A program made the position numbers and the translations under genes. From Nitrosopumilus sp. (GTDB lineage: Archaea; Thermoproteota; Nitrososphaeria; Nitrososphaerales; Nitrosopumilaceae): a stretch of 64,000 bases of DNA. This document shows positions 18,269 to 28,875 of this stretch, piece after piece. The notes under the pieces were generated by a model. It had not been told where the DNA came from and did not search any database. It was given only the letters and a program-made list of their open reading frames with translations. Numbering within the stretch: position 1 is the stretch's first letter; each line of letters starts with the position of its first letter. Location of the stretch: contig CBDBGZ010000009.1 of the NCBI GenBank assembly GCA_965205425.1, forward strand, positions 64,001 through 128,000. The letters run 5' to 3'.

Positions 18269-21200
18269 GAAGTTTTCACAGAAGGCATTCTTTTGTCTTT
18301 GTATGTAACAACATTTGATACACCATTCTTTGGGAATACACCATAGATCAGTTTGGCCTTTTGTATAACAGAATCTTTTAGAGACACCATGATGAATTGG
18401 CTTTCCTTGGATCGTTCTTCTAAAATTTTTGCCAATCTCTCAGAGTTTGGAGCATCAAGATGAGCATCAACTTCATCAAACAAGTAAAACGGCGAAGGTT
18501 TTAGTTTTTGTAAAGCCAAAACAAATACAATGGCAGCTAGAGTTTTTTCACCACCACTAATGGATGTAGATTCTCTTTTTGGTTTGTTTGGGAATTGAAT
18601 CAGATAAGAAATTCCTGAATTAAATATATCATCTTCATTTTGTAATTCCAACCAAGCGTTTCCATCAGTCATTTTATTGAAAATTAAACGAATTTCTTTA
18701 TCGACTTTATCAAAAGCATCCAAGAAAGTTTGGCGTTTGTCTTTCTCAATATCTTCAATGAATTTTACAATTGAATTCCTTTCTTCTTCAAGGGAATTCT
18801 TTCTAGTAGACATTGAACGATAACCATAAGACACTTCAAGATATGTTTCAGGTGCTTTTGCATTTAATGCATTAAGGGAAGTCAATTCAGTAGTTAATCC
18901 ATGTACAATAGATTCAACATCAAATGTCTCCATGTCTTTATCAAATCCAAATGCAGAGAGTAATTGTTGCAATTTAGTCTCTTTTTCAATTAAATCATGT
19001 AAATCACGATTCAAAGAATCAGATTGTCGTTCAATAGTATTGATTTGTTTTGTAAGTTCTTTGTCTTTTTCAGATGCAACTTTTAATTTATCATCATATT
19101 CTTTTAATTCACCAATAGAAGAACCAGATGAAGAAATTAGTTCCTGTTCTCTTTCTCTAAGTTTTACAAGTATTTCATTTTTAGATTCTTTTTGAGTTTC
19201 CAACTCTTTGATCTTTGTTTCTAATTCTTGTTGTTCGGATTTGAGTGAATTTTCTTCATCATGAAGGAGATTAGACTGAGATTTTTCTCGGTTATCTTGC
19301 GTCTCCATAGTTGTAAGCTGAGAGGACTTGTCACGATATTCATTCATTAAAGTAGTATGTAATTTTTCAATCTCTGTTTTTTTAAGATTAATTCTTTGTA
19401 ATTCACTTGCAATTCTAGTTTGTTCTCCACTTGCATAATTTTGTTCAACGATTGAAATTCTATCATTAAGGGAATCAATGTGAGATTCATCAGTGCTAAC
19501 TTGGGATTCAATGAGATTATTTCGAGCAGTCAAATCTGAAATTCTTTTTGTCAATTGTTCTTTCATAACAAATGCAGATGAAAGTCTGGATTTTAAATTA
19601 GAATAATTTTCAGTAGCAGAAGATAAAGATTTTTCAGATAATGAAAGTCTATCAGTGTTTAATTGAATAGCATTATCCAATTTTTTGATTTCTTGTTTTT
19701 TATTTAACATCACTTTTTTGACCAAACTGATAGATTGGAACAAACCTTCAATGTCACTACTTAGAGAAATTAATTTTGTGAGTTTTGAAATTTTGGAATT
19801 ATTATCAATTGTAACAGTGCTACCTTTAGCTTCAAAGAATTCACCATCAATAGTTACTGCTTTGTAACCAGATTGGGATAGATTATAGGCAGATTCTCGA
19901 GTCTCAGTTAAGACAATATTGCCAAATAGGAAGGTTTTGAGAGCAGAATAGGCAGGATTACATCTCACATTATCAGATAAGACCCCCATAACTCCAGGTT
20001 CTTTTGGGAGAGTCAATTTGAATTTTGGAATAGCATCTAATGGAATAATTTTTAGTTTTGGAAGTTTTTTGTTTCTTGCAACCTCAACAATTCCAAGTAG
20101 TGTTGCAAAGTCTTTGACAACAATTGCCTTAATCCAATCAGAACTTGCTGCTAAAACAGAACGCTCATATTTTTTATCCCAAGAAATCATTTCATACACC
20201 AATCCTTCAATGCCAAGCTTTTCTGCATCTTCTTTTAATTTTGCAACGGTGTAATCTTCATGCATGAATCCTTTAACAGTTTTAATTTTAGATTCATAAC
20301 GAGTTGCTTGTTGATCTGATTTTTCAATTATTTGTGCCCATTCATCTAAATCATTAAGAGTATGAGATTTTTTTGTTTGGTATTTTTTTATTCTAGATTT
20401 TAATTCAGTAATTGTAGCAGTATTATTTTGCATTAGAGATTCTAGTTGAGTTTGGGGTTTACTTAGTTCTTCAATTCCAGATTCCATGTCAGATAATTTT
20501 AAAGAATTAGTTTCAATAATCTTTTTAGATTGTTCTTTTTCATGTTGAGCCTTAGAGAATTTTAATTTTGCATTGTTTAATTGTTCATTTAGTGTTTTAA
20601 TTTTTGTGTCAATTTCAGATTTTTTAGCAGCAGCTTCGGATTGTTCAGATAATACTTTTTGTCTTTGAGAGTCTACAATTTCTAATTCTTTACCAATATT
20701 ATTTTTCTGTTCGTTGGTTTCTTGTATAGATTCTTTTATCTTTTGAATTTGAGTATCAATGTCAGTTCGAGCATTATCAATAGAGTCCAATTCTATTTTG
20801 AGTTCTGGAATTCTTGTGGAAATTCTTTCAATTCTTTTTTGAGATGCAGAAATTGCACTGTTATCAATTTCATATTGTTCCATAGCAGTAGAAATTTCAG
20901 AGTCCAATGCAGACTTTGTCTGGTTGTAAGTATTAGCTTCCCCCATTAATTTTGATTTTTCAGTTTCAAGTGATTCAATTTCTGTTCTTAAAAGAGTCCT
21001 TTCTTCTTCAAATTTTGTGACTTCTGCAGTCAAAGCGTGTAAAGTGGTCTCTTTGGAGACTTTTTTACCAGAAATATCCTTCATTTTATTGGCAGCATCA
21101 ATGGCTTTGTACCTGTTTAGTTCACGCTCAAGAATGTCATGTCGTAGTTTTTGATTTCTTTCTTCTTCAAGTTCATCAATTCTTTTTTTGATTTCACCCA

Positions 21201-21789
21201 TTTTGGCTAGAGCAATCTCTAATCTCCTATCTGCCTCATCAAGTTGTTTTACAGATTCAATTTTCTTATCATCAAAGTATGATAGACCGATTAAATCTTC
21301 AATTGTTTTTCTTTTTTCTTCAGAAGTAAATTCAGATATTCTAGTTACAGTTCCTTGTTGTACTGCATTTAATTGTCCCAATCCAGCATTTGCCATATCA
21401 AGCAAATCAAGAACTTGATTTCTTTGTACTTTCTTTTTGTTTAGATAGTATGTATTCTCACCCTCACCATTCATCTCTCTGGTAATTTCAACAATATCAG
21501 AATCTACAGGGATTTTCCTATCAGAATTATCAAAGTGAACACTGGATCGTGCCATTTTTGGTCCACGTCTATTCCCCTCAATATCATGAATTAGTGATCG
21601 TAGTTTATCAACCCTCATAACTTTGGGTTTGTTTTCACCCATTGCAAAAATAATTGCATCTAAAATGTTACTTTTACCAGAACCGTTTGGTCCAGAAATT
21701 GAAACTAGACCAGGTTCAAACTGAACTGTCGTATTCTTAAATCCAAATGACTTGAAACCAAAGATCTCAACTTTTTTAACATGAACCAA
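18265..21789 (-). CDS. smc: Chromosome segregation protein SMC
   Basis: GFKSF, GPNGSGKSN, long coiled coils with hinge, ISGGEK, FDEVDAHLD. Confidence 0.97.
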   Translation of the reverse strand: MVHVKKVEIFGFKSFGFKNTTVQFEPGLVSISGPNGSGKSNILDAIIFAMGENKPKVMRVDKLRSLIHDIEGNRRGPKMARSSVHFDNSDRKIPVDSDIVEITREMNGEGENTYYLNKKKVQRNQVLDLLDMANAGLGQLNAVQQGTVTRISEFTSEEKRKTIEDLIGLSYFDDKKIESVKQLDEADRRLEIALAKMGEIKKRIDELEEERNQKLRHDILERELNRYKAIDAANKMKDISGKKVSKETTLHALTAEVTKFEEERTLLRTEIESLETEKSKLMGEANTYNQTKSALDSEISTAMEQYEIDNSAISASQKRIERISTRIPELKIELDSIDNARTDIDTQIQKIKESIQETNEQKNNIGKELEIVDSQRQKVLSEQSEAAAKKSEIDTKIKTLNEQLNNAKLKFSKAQHEKEQSKKIIETNSLKLSDMESGIEELSKPQTQLESLMQNNTATITELKSRIKKYQTKKSHTLNDLDEWAQIIEKSDQQATRYESKIKTVKGFMHEDYTVAKLKEDAEKLGIEGLVYEMISWDKKYERSVLAASSDWIKAIVVKDFATLLGIVEVARNKKLPKLKIIPLDAIPKFKLTLPKEPGVMGVLSDNVRCNPAYSALKTFLFGNIVLTETRESAYNLSQSGYKAVTIDGEFFEAKGSTVTIDNNSKISKLTKLISLSSDIEGLFQSISLVKKVMLNKKQEIKKLDNAIQLNTDRLSLSEKSLSSATENYSNLKSRLSSAFVMKEQLTKRISDLTARNNLIESQVSTDESHIDSLNDRISIVEQNYASGEQTRIASELQRINLKKTEIEKLHTTLMNEYRDKSSQLTTMETQDNREKSQSNLLHDEENSLKSEQQELETKIKELETQKESKNEILVKLREREQELISSSGSSIGELKEYDDKLKVASEKDKELTKQINTIERQSDSLNRDLHDLIEKETKLQQLLSAFGFDKDMETFDVESIVHGLTTELTSLNALNAKAPETYLEVSYGYRSMSTRKNSLEEERNSIVKFIEDIEKDKRQTFLDAFDKVDKEIRLIFNKMTDGNAWLELQNEDDIFNSGISYLIQFPNKPKRESTSISGGEKTLAAIVFVLALQKLKPSPFYLFDEVDAHLDAPNSERLAKILEERSKESQFIMVSLKDSVIQKAKLIYGVFPKNGVSNVVTYKDKRMPSVKTS

Positions 21790-21970
21790 TGATAATAATT
21801 TCTCAACACGTGGGATAATCGATGGTTAACAAGTTTAGTTGACATAATTGCATAATTTTTCTTGTTGTGTTATGATATTTTTCGTAGCGGTACAAATACA
21901 CGGATTATTTTTTTATGAATTGATCGCATATTTACGCCTACTATAATTACTAAGAACCAATTATAAATTC

Positions 21971-22741
21971 ATGGTAAAGCTTGGATTAATTCAAACTACA
22001 TCGCAAAGTACAAATCAAAAAGGAATTGTGCAAGCTTCAAAAATTTTAAAAAAATTAGGAAGGGCAGACACGGACATTGTGTGCCTGCCAGAACAATGGC
22101 TCAAAAATAATGAGATCAGTAATTTTGATGTAGAATTTTCAGAGTTTAAAAAAATAGCAAAAGAATTTTCCATGACCATAATTCCAGGCGCATTTTATGA
22201 AATCATAAAAACCAAGACATCAATAATTTCTCCAATAATAGGGCCAAATGTGGAAATCATAGGTAAGCAAGAAAAAATCCATCCTTTTGACTATGAACGT
22301 GACAATGTCAAGCCTGGGAAAGAGACCAAAATATTCAATACAGCATGTAAGTTCGGAGTAGTAATTTGTTATGACATGGTATTTCCCAAAGTTGCCAATA
22401 CATTTGTGAAAAAAGGAGCCCAAGTACTATTTTCACCAAGTAGAATAGTCAAACGTGGAATTGAGCCATGGCAAATGTATGTTCAAGTACGAGCATTAGA
22501 AAATAGAGTTCCAATTTTAGCCGCAAATGTTGAAAATCATAGATTTGGAGGAAACAGTCTCATCGTAGATTTGACTGAAAATAACAAAGTAGTGACAACC
22601 AAAATTATGAAGTTAAATGGCGAGTACGGAACAAGTAAAGAATTTGACTTGAACAAATATGAAGAGAGTAGAAAAATAAGATTTTCAGATTCAAATAACT
22701 ATAACCATAACCATATGTGCCAAAATCAGCTAGGAAATTAG
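21971..22741 (+). CDS. Carbon-nitrogen hydrolase (nitrilase family); last ~13 residues come from IS110
   Basis: LPE, KIH and ICYD catalytic triad; RALEN. Confidence 0.9.
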   Translation: MVKLGLIQTTSQSTNQKGIVQASKILKKLGRADTDIVCLPEQWLKNNEISNFDVEFSEFKKIAKEFSMTIIPGAFYEIIKTKTSIISPIIGPNVEIIGKQEKIHPFDYERDNVKPGKETKIFNTACKFGVVICYDMVFPKVANTFVKKGAQVLFSPSRIVKRGIEPWQMYVQVRALENRVPILAANVENHRFGGNSLIVDLTENNKVVTTKIMKLNGEYGTSKEFDLNKYEESRKIRFSDSNNYNHNHMCQNQLGN

Positions 22742-24013
22742 ATGGTACTTGCATTCGTATCAAGAAAGTAAGAAATGCAAACAAACACACTACCCTTCCT
22801 GAAAAAAAATATTTGATGTTTGTAGGATTGGATGTTCACAAGAACTCTGTACAGGTGGCAGCAGTAGATGAGATTGGCAAATTATTATTTAACAAAAAGA
22901 TTTCCAGTGATTTTTCTGCTATTAGCAAAATTACATCCAAAATTCCAAAGAACGCAAAATATGTTTTAGAGTCATCATCTGTCTGGTATGGCCTTTATAG
23001 ACACATGACAGACAAATTACATCTTGATGTTATACTATCTAATCCATACAACACAAAGATAATAGCATCATCACTCAAAAAGACTGATAAAATTGATGCG
23101 TACCATCTTGCAAATTTGCTACGAGGAGGATACATTGCAGAATCATTCGTGCCAGATCACACAATTGTGCAATACAGACAGCTTGTAAGACATCGACACA
23201 AGATTGTGCGCATCATTGTAAAGATGAAGAATTCCATACATGGTATTACACTACAGGAGGGAATCCATATCAAAGCAACACCATTTTCCTCAGAACACAT
23301 ACGTGCACTTGGAAAATTGGAGAGTTATAGAATAGATTCGTACCTACAAAGCATAAAATTTCACAAAAAGGAGGTTGCAAAAATAGATTCCATGATACGT
23401 CGCATGGTAAATGATAATCCTGACGTGTGTATTTTGACATCAATATCTGGAGTTGGACCATACACTGCATTGAGCATATTCTCAGAAATTGCAGAGATTA
23501 GTAGATTTTCAAATTCTCACAAGTTATGTGCATATGCAGGGATTGTTCCATCGGTGAGAAATTCTGCAGATACAATACATCACGGAAGAATTACAAAGAG
23601 AGGAAGCATGACATTGAGATGGGTTCTAACAGAATGCATACACACTCATGCAATACATGCCAAAGATAGTGACATTACAAAATTTTACAATCGCATTAAG
23701 AAAAAGAGAGGGACCTCAAAGGCTGCAGTTGCTGGCGCATCAAAGATTCTGAGGGTGATTTATTGGATGCTAAAGGAGAGGAGAGAATTTGTACAAAATT
23801 ACAGTTAGGACTGCAAGTCGCGTTAAAATGCTTGAGGGACAAGGCCTCGTCTGATAACTGCGAACAATCCTAACTAGGATGAAGATAGCATTGAGAGAAT
23901 AGTCTCGTATGGATACATGTCTGCCATCTTTTGATTGAAACCATTCTCTAGCGAAAGCCATGCCCTGATGTATGAAAAGAGAGGAAATGTATAAAAACAA
24001 TTCACATGGATAA
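22699..24013 (+). mobile_element. IS110-family element with long 3' non-coding end
   Basis: ATAA at both boundaries (22695-22698 and 24010-24013); right boundary supported by the second copy ending at 11737. Confidence 0.8.
22816..23808 (+). CDS. IS110-family DEDD transposase/recombinase
   Basis: VGLDVHK, VLES, KTDKIDA and AYAGIVPSVRNS (catalytic Ser) motifs; ATG 22816 preferred over GTG 22717. Confidence 0.93.
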   Translation: MFVGLDVHKNSVQVAAVDEIGKLLFNKKISSDFSAISKITSKIPKNAKYVLESSSVWYGLYRHMTDKLHLDVILSNPYNTKIIASSLKKTDKIDAYHLANLLRGGYIAESFVPDHTIVQYRQLVRHRHKIVRIIVKMKNSIHGITLQEGIHIKATPFSSEHIRALGKLESYRIDSYLQSIKFHKKEVAKIDSMIRRMVNDNPDVCILTSISGVGPYTALSIFSEIAEISRFSNSHKLCAYAGIVPSVRNSADTIHHGRITKRGSMTLRWVLTECIHTHAIHAKDSDITKFYNRIKKKRGTSKAAVAGASKILRVIYWMLKERREFVQNYS

Positions 24014-24022
24014 TTTCAGTGA

Positions 24023-25117
24023 TTAGTCACCTGCAACAAATTCTTCACATGCAGTTTTTGCTTTAACATCAGAAGTTTGTTCAATTGGATGTTTCATCAA
24101 ATAAGCACTAGCAGGTTTAATTGGTCCACCTACACCTCTATCAAGTGCAATTCTTGCCAACCTAATAGCATCAATTACAATTCCTGCAGAATTTGCTTTG
24201 TCATCAACTTCTAATCGTACTTCCATATTGTAAGGAATGTTTGCCCATTGACGTCCTTCAATTCTCATAAACATGAGTTTTGTGTTACCTAAAAATGGAA
24301 TAAAATCTGAAGGGCCAACATAAATTTGATCATCATCTAGTCTTTCGTTTAGTTGACTTTGAACACTTTCAGTTTTAGAAATTTTCTTCGAAACAAGTCT
24401 ATCTTGTTCTTTCATGTTTAAGAAATCAGTGTTACCACCTACATTGATTTGATATGTTTTTTCAATTTTAGTTCCTCTATCATTACATAGTTTAGCTAGA
24501 GTTCTATGAACAATAGTTGCACCTACTTGACCTTTGATATCATCTCCAATACAAGGAATATTTTTTTCTGTGAATTTTTTTGCCCATGTTTCATCAGATG
24601 CGATAAATGACGGAATACAATTTACAAATGCAGTATTAGTATCAAGGCAAATTTGTGCCCAGAATTTAGTTACTTTATCAGAACCTACAGGCAAGTAAGA
24701 AACAATAATTTCTACACCAGTATCTTTGATTACTTGTTTAACTTCTTCAGTTATTTGTTCTACCGATTTTGGATTATCAATTGGCTTAATTCTATTCTCT
24801 ACCCACAATCCAACTCCATCTAAAATTGGACTTTCGTAAATTTTAGCATCAGTCTTTGGTAATTCATCTTTTGGAATCCAATCAACCATGTTTGGGAATG
24901 CATAGATTGCTTCATGTAGTGGCTTTCCAACCTTATTCTCACCAACATCAAAGCCGCAAACAAAATCAATATCATGAATACCATAACCAGATAATTTATC
25001 GTGAATAATTCCAGTAACTTCTTGTGTAGGGTTTTTTCTATAGTATTCAATTCCCTGAATTAGTCCTGAAAAGCAATTACCAATACCAACTAAACCAACT
25101 TTAATTCTATCTGACAT
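24023..25117 (-). CDS. ino1: myo-Inositol-1-phosphate synthase
   Basis: GIGNC, GDDIKGQVGAT, GGNTDFLN, SKKISKT and DDKANSAG motifs. Confidence 0.95.
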   Translation of the reverse strand: MSDRIKVGLVGIGNCFSGLIQGIEYYRKNPTQEVTGIIHDKLSGYGIHDIDFVCGFDVGENKVGKPLHEAIYAFPNMVDWIPKDELPKTDAKIYESPILDGVGLWVENRIKPIDNPKSVEQITEEVKQVIKDTGVEIIVSYLPVGSDKVTKFWAQICLDTNTAFVNCIPSFIASDETWAKKFTEKNIPCIGDDIKGQVGATIVHRTLAKLCNDRGTKIEKTYQINVGGNTDFLNMKEQDRLVSKKISKTESVQSQLNERLDDDQIYVGPSDFIPFLGNTKLMFMRIEGRQWANIPYNMEVRLEVDDKANSAGIVIDAIRLARIALDRGVGGPIKPASAYLMKHPIEQTSDVKAKTACEEFVAGD

Positions 25118-25200
25118 TCGAAATTTGGTGTTATTAGGCGGGTTTAAAGTTTTCTTAGATAATAGAAAGAAATCATTTCAATGAAGGCAGAATTTTATAC

Positions 25201-26163
25201 TTGACATCAACTCACAAATTCATGGTAGATCCAGGTCGTCCAGTAAAAGACATAGAAATTGATGCTAACACATCATTGGAGAAAATTTTTGAAGAATTAT
25301 CTCAATCAGGAGGATTTGAATCAGTAAATCTATCAGACGGATTAGAAATTTTGTCAGAAATGATTTCAGACAAACAATGTTTAAGATTTGTATCATTTGT
25401 TGGTGCAGTAGTATCTACAGGGCTAAGGGGAATAATCAAAGACATGATAAAAAACAAATGGTTTGATGTGGCAATAACAACTTGCGGAGCGTTAGATCAT
25501 GACATTGCAAGACATTTTTCACATTACAAAGAAGGTTCATTTACAATGGACGATATGGAACTTGCAAATCAAAACATTCACAGACTAGGCAATGTTCTAG
25601 TTCCAATGGATAGTTATGGACCACTAATTGAAGAAAAAATGCAGGCATTTCTAGAAGAGGAGTATCAAAATGGAAATAAAGAAATGAGTACTGCTGAAAT
25701 ATGTAAAATGATTGGAAAGCATCTAGGAGAAGATTCATTTCTTCATTGGGCATACAAAAATGACATTGACGTAGTTGTTCCAGGTATAATGGATGGGGCA
25801 GTAGGAAGTCAGATTTGGTTATTTACACAAAAACATAGTGATTTTAAATTAAACATAGCAGGAGATGCAAACTTACTTTCAGGATTAATTTTCAAAGCTG
25901 AGAAATCAGGAGCATTCATGATAGGTGGAGGAATTTCTAAACATCACACATTATGGTGGAATCAATACAGAGAAGGATTAGATTATGCATTTTACATTAC
26001 TACTGCACAAGAATTTGATGGAAGTTTAAGTGGTGCACTAGTAAGAGAAGCAATTTCATGGGGCAAAGTAACACAAATTGCAAAACAATCAACGCTACAT
26101 GCAGAAGTGACAACAATTTTGCCATTCATCTATGCTGCTTTAATTTCAAAATTACAAAAATAG
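25201..26163 (+). CDS. dys: Deoxyhypusine synthase
   Basis: STGLRG, IHRLGN, GGGISKHH and DGSLSGA..EAISWGK motifs. Confidence 0.95.
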   Translation: MTSTHKFMVDPGRPVKDIEIDANTSLEKIFEELSQSGGFESVNLSDGLEILSEMISDKQCLRFVSFVGAVVSTGLRGIIKDMIKNKWFDVAITTCGALDHDIARHFSHYKEGSFTMDDMELANQNIHRLGNVLVPMDSYGPLIEEKMQAFLEEEYQNGNKEMSTAEICKMIGKHLGEDSFLHWAYKNDIDVVVPGIMDGAVGSQIWLFTQKHSDFKLNIAGDANLLSGLIFKAEKSGAFMIGGGISKHHTLWWNQYREGLDYAFYITTAQEFDGSLSGALVREAISWGKVTQIAKQSTLHAEVTTILPFIYAALISKLQK

Positions 26164-26206
26164 AATAAGATAAAAGCTATTATTTGATCAATACTGAAAA
26201 TATTCA

Positions 26207-26920
26207 TTGAATCCTAGAATAAGAATCAGAGAACTAAAAGAATTAAATTTAGAAAATGGGTACTTAATTGACGGATTTCCCTCAGTAGGATTTAGTAGTG
26301 CAATTGCAACTGAATCAATGATTCATACATCACAATTTGAATTAGGAGGAGTGATAGATTCAGAAAGTTTTCCTCCAATCAGTGTAATAAAAGATGGAAA
26401 ACCAAATTTTCCAACAAGAATATTTGTTAATGAAGATTTGAAAGTAGGGGTTTTTTTGTCATATATTACACTTGATCAATCATTACATAGAGTTACAGCA
26501 AAAACTATGTTATCGTGGGCAAAAAAACATAAAATTAAATTAATTATTAGCAGTGTTGCCATAAAATCACCTAATGGAAATGAAGAGATGATTGGTATAG
26601 GTAGTACTGAGTCTGCAAGAAACAAAGTAAAAGATGCAGGACTCAAAGTGTTAGAACACGGAACAGTTCCAGGAATTCCAGGAATGTTGTTAAATGAAGG
26701 AAGTATGTCAAATCAAGATGTCATTGTAATAATTTTTCATACAGATGGACAAGGTCCAGATTTTAAATCAAGTGCCGAATTATGCATGGCAATGTCAAAA
26801 TTAATTCCAGGAGCATCATGTGACATACCATCATTACAAAAAGAAGCAGAGAAAGCAGAAATTGTGATTAAAGAGGCACAAGAAGAGTCAAAACATCTCA
26901 AAGATTCTATGTATAGATAG
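26207..26920 (+). CDS. Proteasome assembly chaperone (PAC2) family protein
   Basis: IDGFPSVG, FPP..P.RI, GIPGMLL, PD and SMYR C-terminus. Confidence 0.85.
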   Translation: MNPRIRIRELKELNLENGYLIDGFPSVGFSSAIATESMIHTSQFELGGVIDSESFPPISVIKDGKPNFPTRIFVNEDLKVGVFLSYITLDQSLHRVTAKTMLSWAKKHKIKLIISSVAIKSPNGNEEMIGIGSTESARNKVKDAGLKVLEHGTVPGIPGMLLNEGSMSNQDVIVIIFHTDGQGPDFKSSAELCMAMSKLIPGASCDIPSLQKEAEKAEIVIKEAQEESKHLKDSMYR

Positions 26921-26966
26921 AATACTCAATCAGATTTATTTTGTTATCGTGTAGAAATAAAAGATA

Positions 26967-27587
26967 ATGAATCAAATTTTTGAGTTTGCAGTCATTGTAA
27001 TTGCTATTTCAGCATCAGGAGTAATGGCACCAGGGCCACTTTTTGCAGCAAATGTATCATACGGATTACGAGATGGTGCGAAATCAGGAATTAAAATGGC
27101 AATAGGTCATTCAATTGTAGAATTTCCACTAGTGGTTTTGTTAGGTTTAGGAGTATTTTCTCTAGAAACATTTCCAGAATTTAGAATTGTAATTTCAATT
27201 TTTGGAGCAATTACACTTTTTGGATTTGCAATATTGCAAATTAAAACAGTTTTGCAAAAAAAAGAAAACACCATATCAAAATTAAAACACGGTCCATTAG
27301 TTACAGGGATTGTATTTAGTGCACTAAATCCATTTTTCATCATATGGTGGTTAACCATAGGTTTCAAGTTAATTTCAGATGCCATGTTGATTTGGGCATT
27401 TTCAGGCATACTAGTGATGTTTTTACTCCACATATGGATGGATTTTGTATGGTTAGGAGGAGTATCATTTCTTGCTTCAAAGAGTTCACGAATTCTTTCA
27501 AATAGGAATTACAAAATATTGATGATAGGATTAAGTCTAATGTTAGTATATTTTGGAATAACATTTGTAATAGATATCATTCCTTAA
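26967..27587 (+). CDS. LysE-family translocator
   Basis: SGVMAPGP and LNPFFIIWW motifs; multiple TM helices. Confidence 0.88.
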   Translation: MNQIFEFAVIVIAISASGVMAPGPLFAANVSYGLRDGAKSGIKMAIGHSIVEFPLVVLLGLGVFSLETFPEFRIVISIFGAITLFGFAILQIKTVLQKKENTISKLKHGPLVTGIVFSALNPFFIIWWLTIGFKLISDAMLIWAFSGILVMFLLHIWMDFVWLGGVSFLASKSSRILSNRNYKILMIGLSLMLVYFGITFVIDIIP

Positions 27588-27859
27588 CCACAATCTAAAA
27601 TTTCAATCGGATGTTCGCATTGATCATTATACAAATCAATTTCTTCAAGAATATTTTCACAATATTCAGGATCTAAGGATTGCTCATATGTAGAAATATC
27701 ATTAGTGATTATTACATAATCTATACTGCAAGAATTATTATTGTTAAGTACAATTAGTACCATTACAGACAATCCTCCAAGTAATATCAGTGTAAAGTAT
27801 TTTGGATTAGTTTTTTGAAATATCAATTTCCATTGTGGATACGTTACGTTGTTTTCCAT
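27584..27859 (-). CDS. Small membrane-anchored hypothetical protein (start uncertain)
   Basis: One TM helix then a Cys-containing acidic domain ending EILDCG. Confidence 0.55.
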   Translation of the reverse strand: MENNVTYPQWKLIFQKTNPKYFTLILLGGLSVMVLIVLNNNNSCSIDYVIITNDISTYEQSLDPEYCENILEEIDLYNDQCEHPIEILDCG

Positions 27860-28514
27860 CTTGAGAAGTTAACGAATCAGATGTAATTCGTACATCACTT
27901 ATCACGTATCCCACAGAATCCATTCGTTTAACAATCATTTGAGAAACGTCAACAGCTTGTGTAATTCTTTTTCCTCTAGCTTTGATTGTAACAGTTGTTC
28001 TAGTTGAGAGTTGAGTCAAAGTTGCAGAAACATATGTCATGATTGGTTTAGTACCAACGAAAATTATATCTCGTTCTTCATGAACTTTGGGTGAATCGGA
28101 TGTATTAGTAGAAGGTTGTTCTGGTGTTGGTTCTGGTGTTGGTTCTGGGGTTGGTTCTGGGGTTGGTTCAGGTTCTGGTGTTGGTTCAGGTGTTGGTTCA
28201 GGTTCAGGTGTTGGTTCAGGTGTTGGTTCAGGTTCAGGTGTTGGTTCAGGTGTTGGTTCAGGTGTTGGTTCAGGTGTTGGTTCAGGTGTTGGTTCAGGTG
28301 TTGGTTCAGGTGTTGGTTCAGGTGTTGGTTCAGGTGTTGGTTCAGGTGTTGGTTCAGGTGTTGGTTCAGGTGTTGGTTCAGGTGTTGGTTCTGGTGTTGG
28401 TTCAGGTGTTGGTTCTGGTGTTGGTTCAGGTTCTGGTGTTAGTTCAGGTTTATTTCTTGAATCAAATTCAGATAAGATATCTTCTGCGTCTTTAGATTTT
28501 TTGTTGCTGCTCAA
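27807..28514 (-). CDS. alba: Alba DNA/RNA-binding protein with long Pro-Glu-Pro-Thr N-terminal extension
   Basis: IFVGTKPIMTYV, IKARGKRITQAVDV and NVSTMEI motifs. Confidence 0.9.
   Translation of the reverse strand: MSSNKKSKDAEDILSEFDSRNKPELTPEPEPTPEPTPEPTPEPTPEPTPEPTPEPTPEPTPEPTPEPTPEPTPEPTPEPTPEPTPEPTPEPTPEPEPTPEPTPEPEPTPEPTPEPEPTPEPTPEPTPEPTPEQPSTNTSDSPKVHEERDIIFVGTKPIMTYVSATLTQLSTRTTVTIKARGKRITQAVDVSQMIVKRMDSVGYVISDVRITSDSLTSQDGKQRNVSTMEIDISKN
28119..28446. repeat. 12-bp coding tandem repeat (GGTGTTGGTTCA)n encoding PEPT
   Basis: Directly visible; about 27 units with occasional 6-bp PE half-units. Confidence 0.97.
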
Positions 28515-28563
28515 TTTTAAATTCCCGTTATAACAAATTTCTCTCTCGCTTTTATTTAATTTT

Positions 28564-28803
28564 TCAGGTATTTCCTTTCAAATAGTCTTCAAATAATTTT
28601 TCAAGATCGCCATCATTGTTAATTTTCTTAATTTGCTCGACTAGATCTGCTTCTTCAATTTCATAGCAATTTAGAACGTCTTGAGAATCTTTGAAAATTA
28701 GCATCGCTTTATTTTTGAAAATACAATGATAGAGTTTCTCTTTTTCCATTTTTTCAGGTTTAAGATTAACCCCATTTTCATCCACAGACAAAGGATATTC
28801 CAT
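28564..28803 (-). CDS. Hypothetical protein
   Basis: ORF from MEYPLS with typical composition. Confidence 0.65.
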   Translation of the reverse strand: MEYPLSVDENGVNLKPEKMEKEKLYHCIFKNKAMLIFKDSQDVLNCYEIEEADLVEQIKKINNDGDLEKLFEDYLKGNT

Positions 28804-28875
28804 GAAAATACATTCTCGTATCAATATTTAGATGAATCCACAATACAGTAATAATCAAAAATATTCAGAGAAACA

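Noticed and set aside
28087..28533. GSGV-, WFRC- and VQVL-repeat ORFs
   Set aside because: Opposite-strand readings of the 12-bp repeat; only the PEPT frame joins the Alba domain
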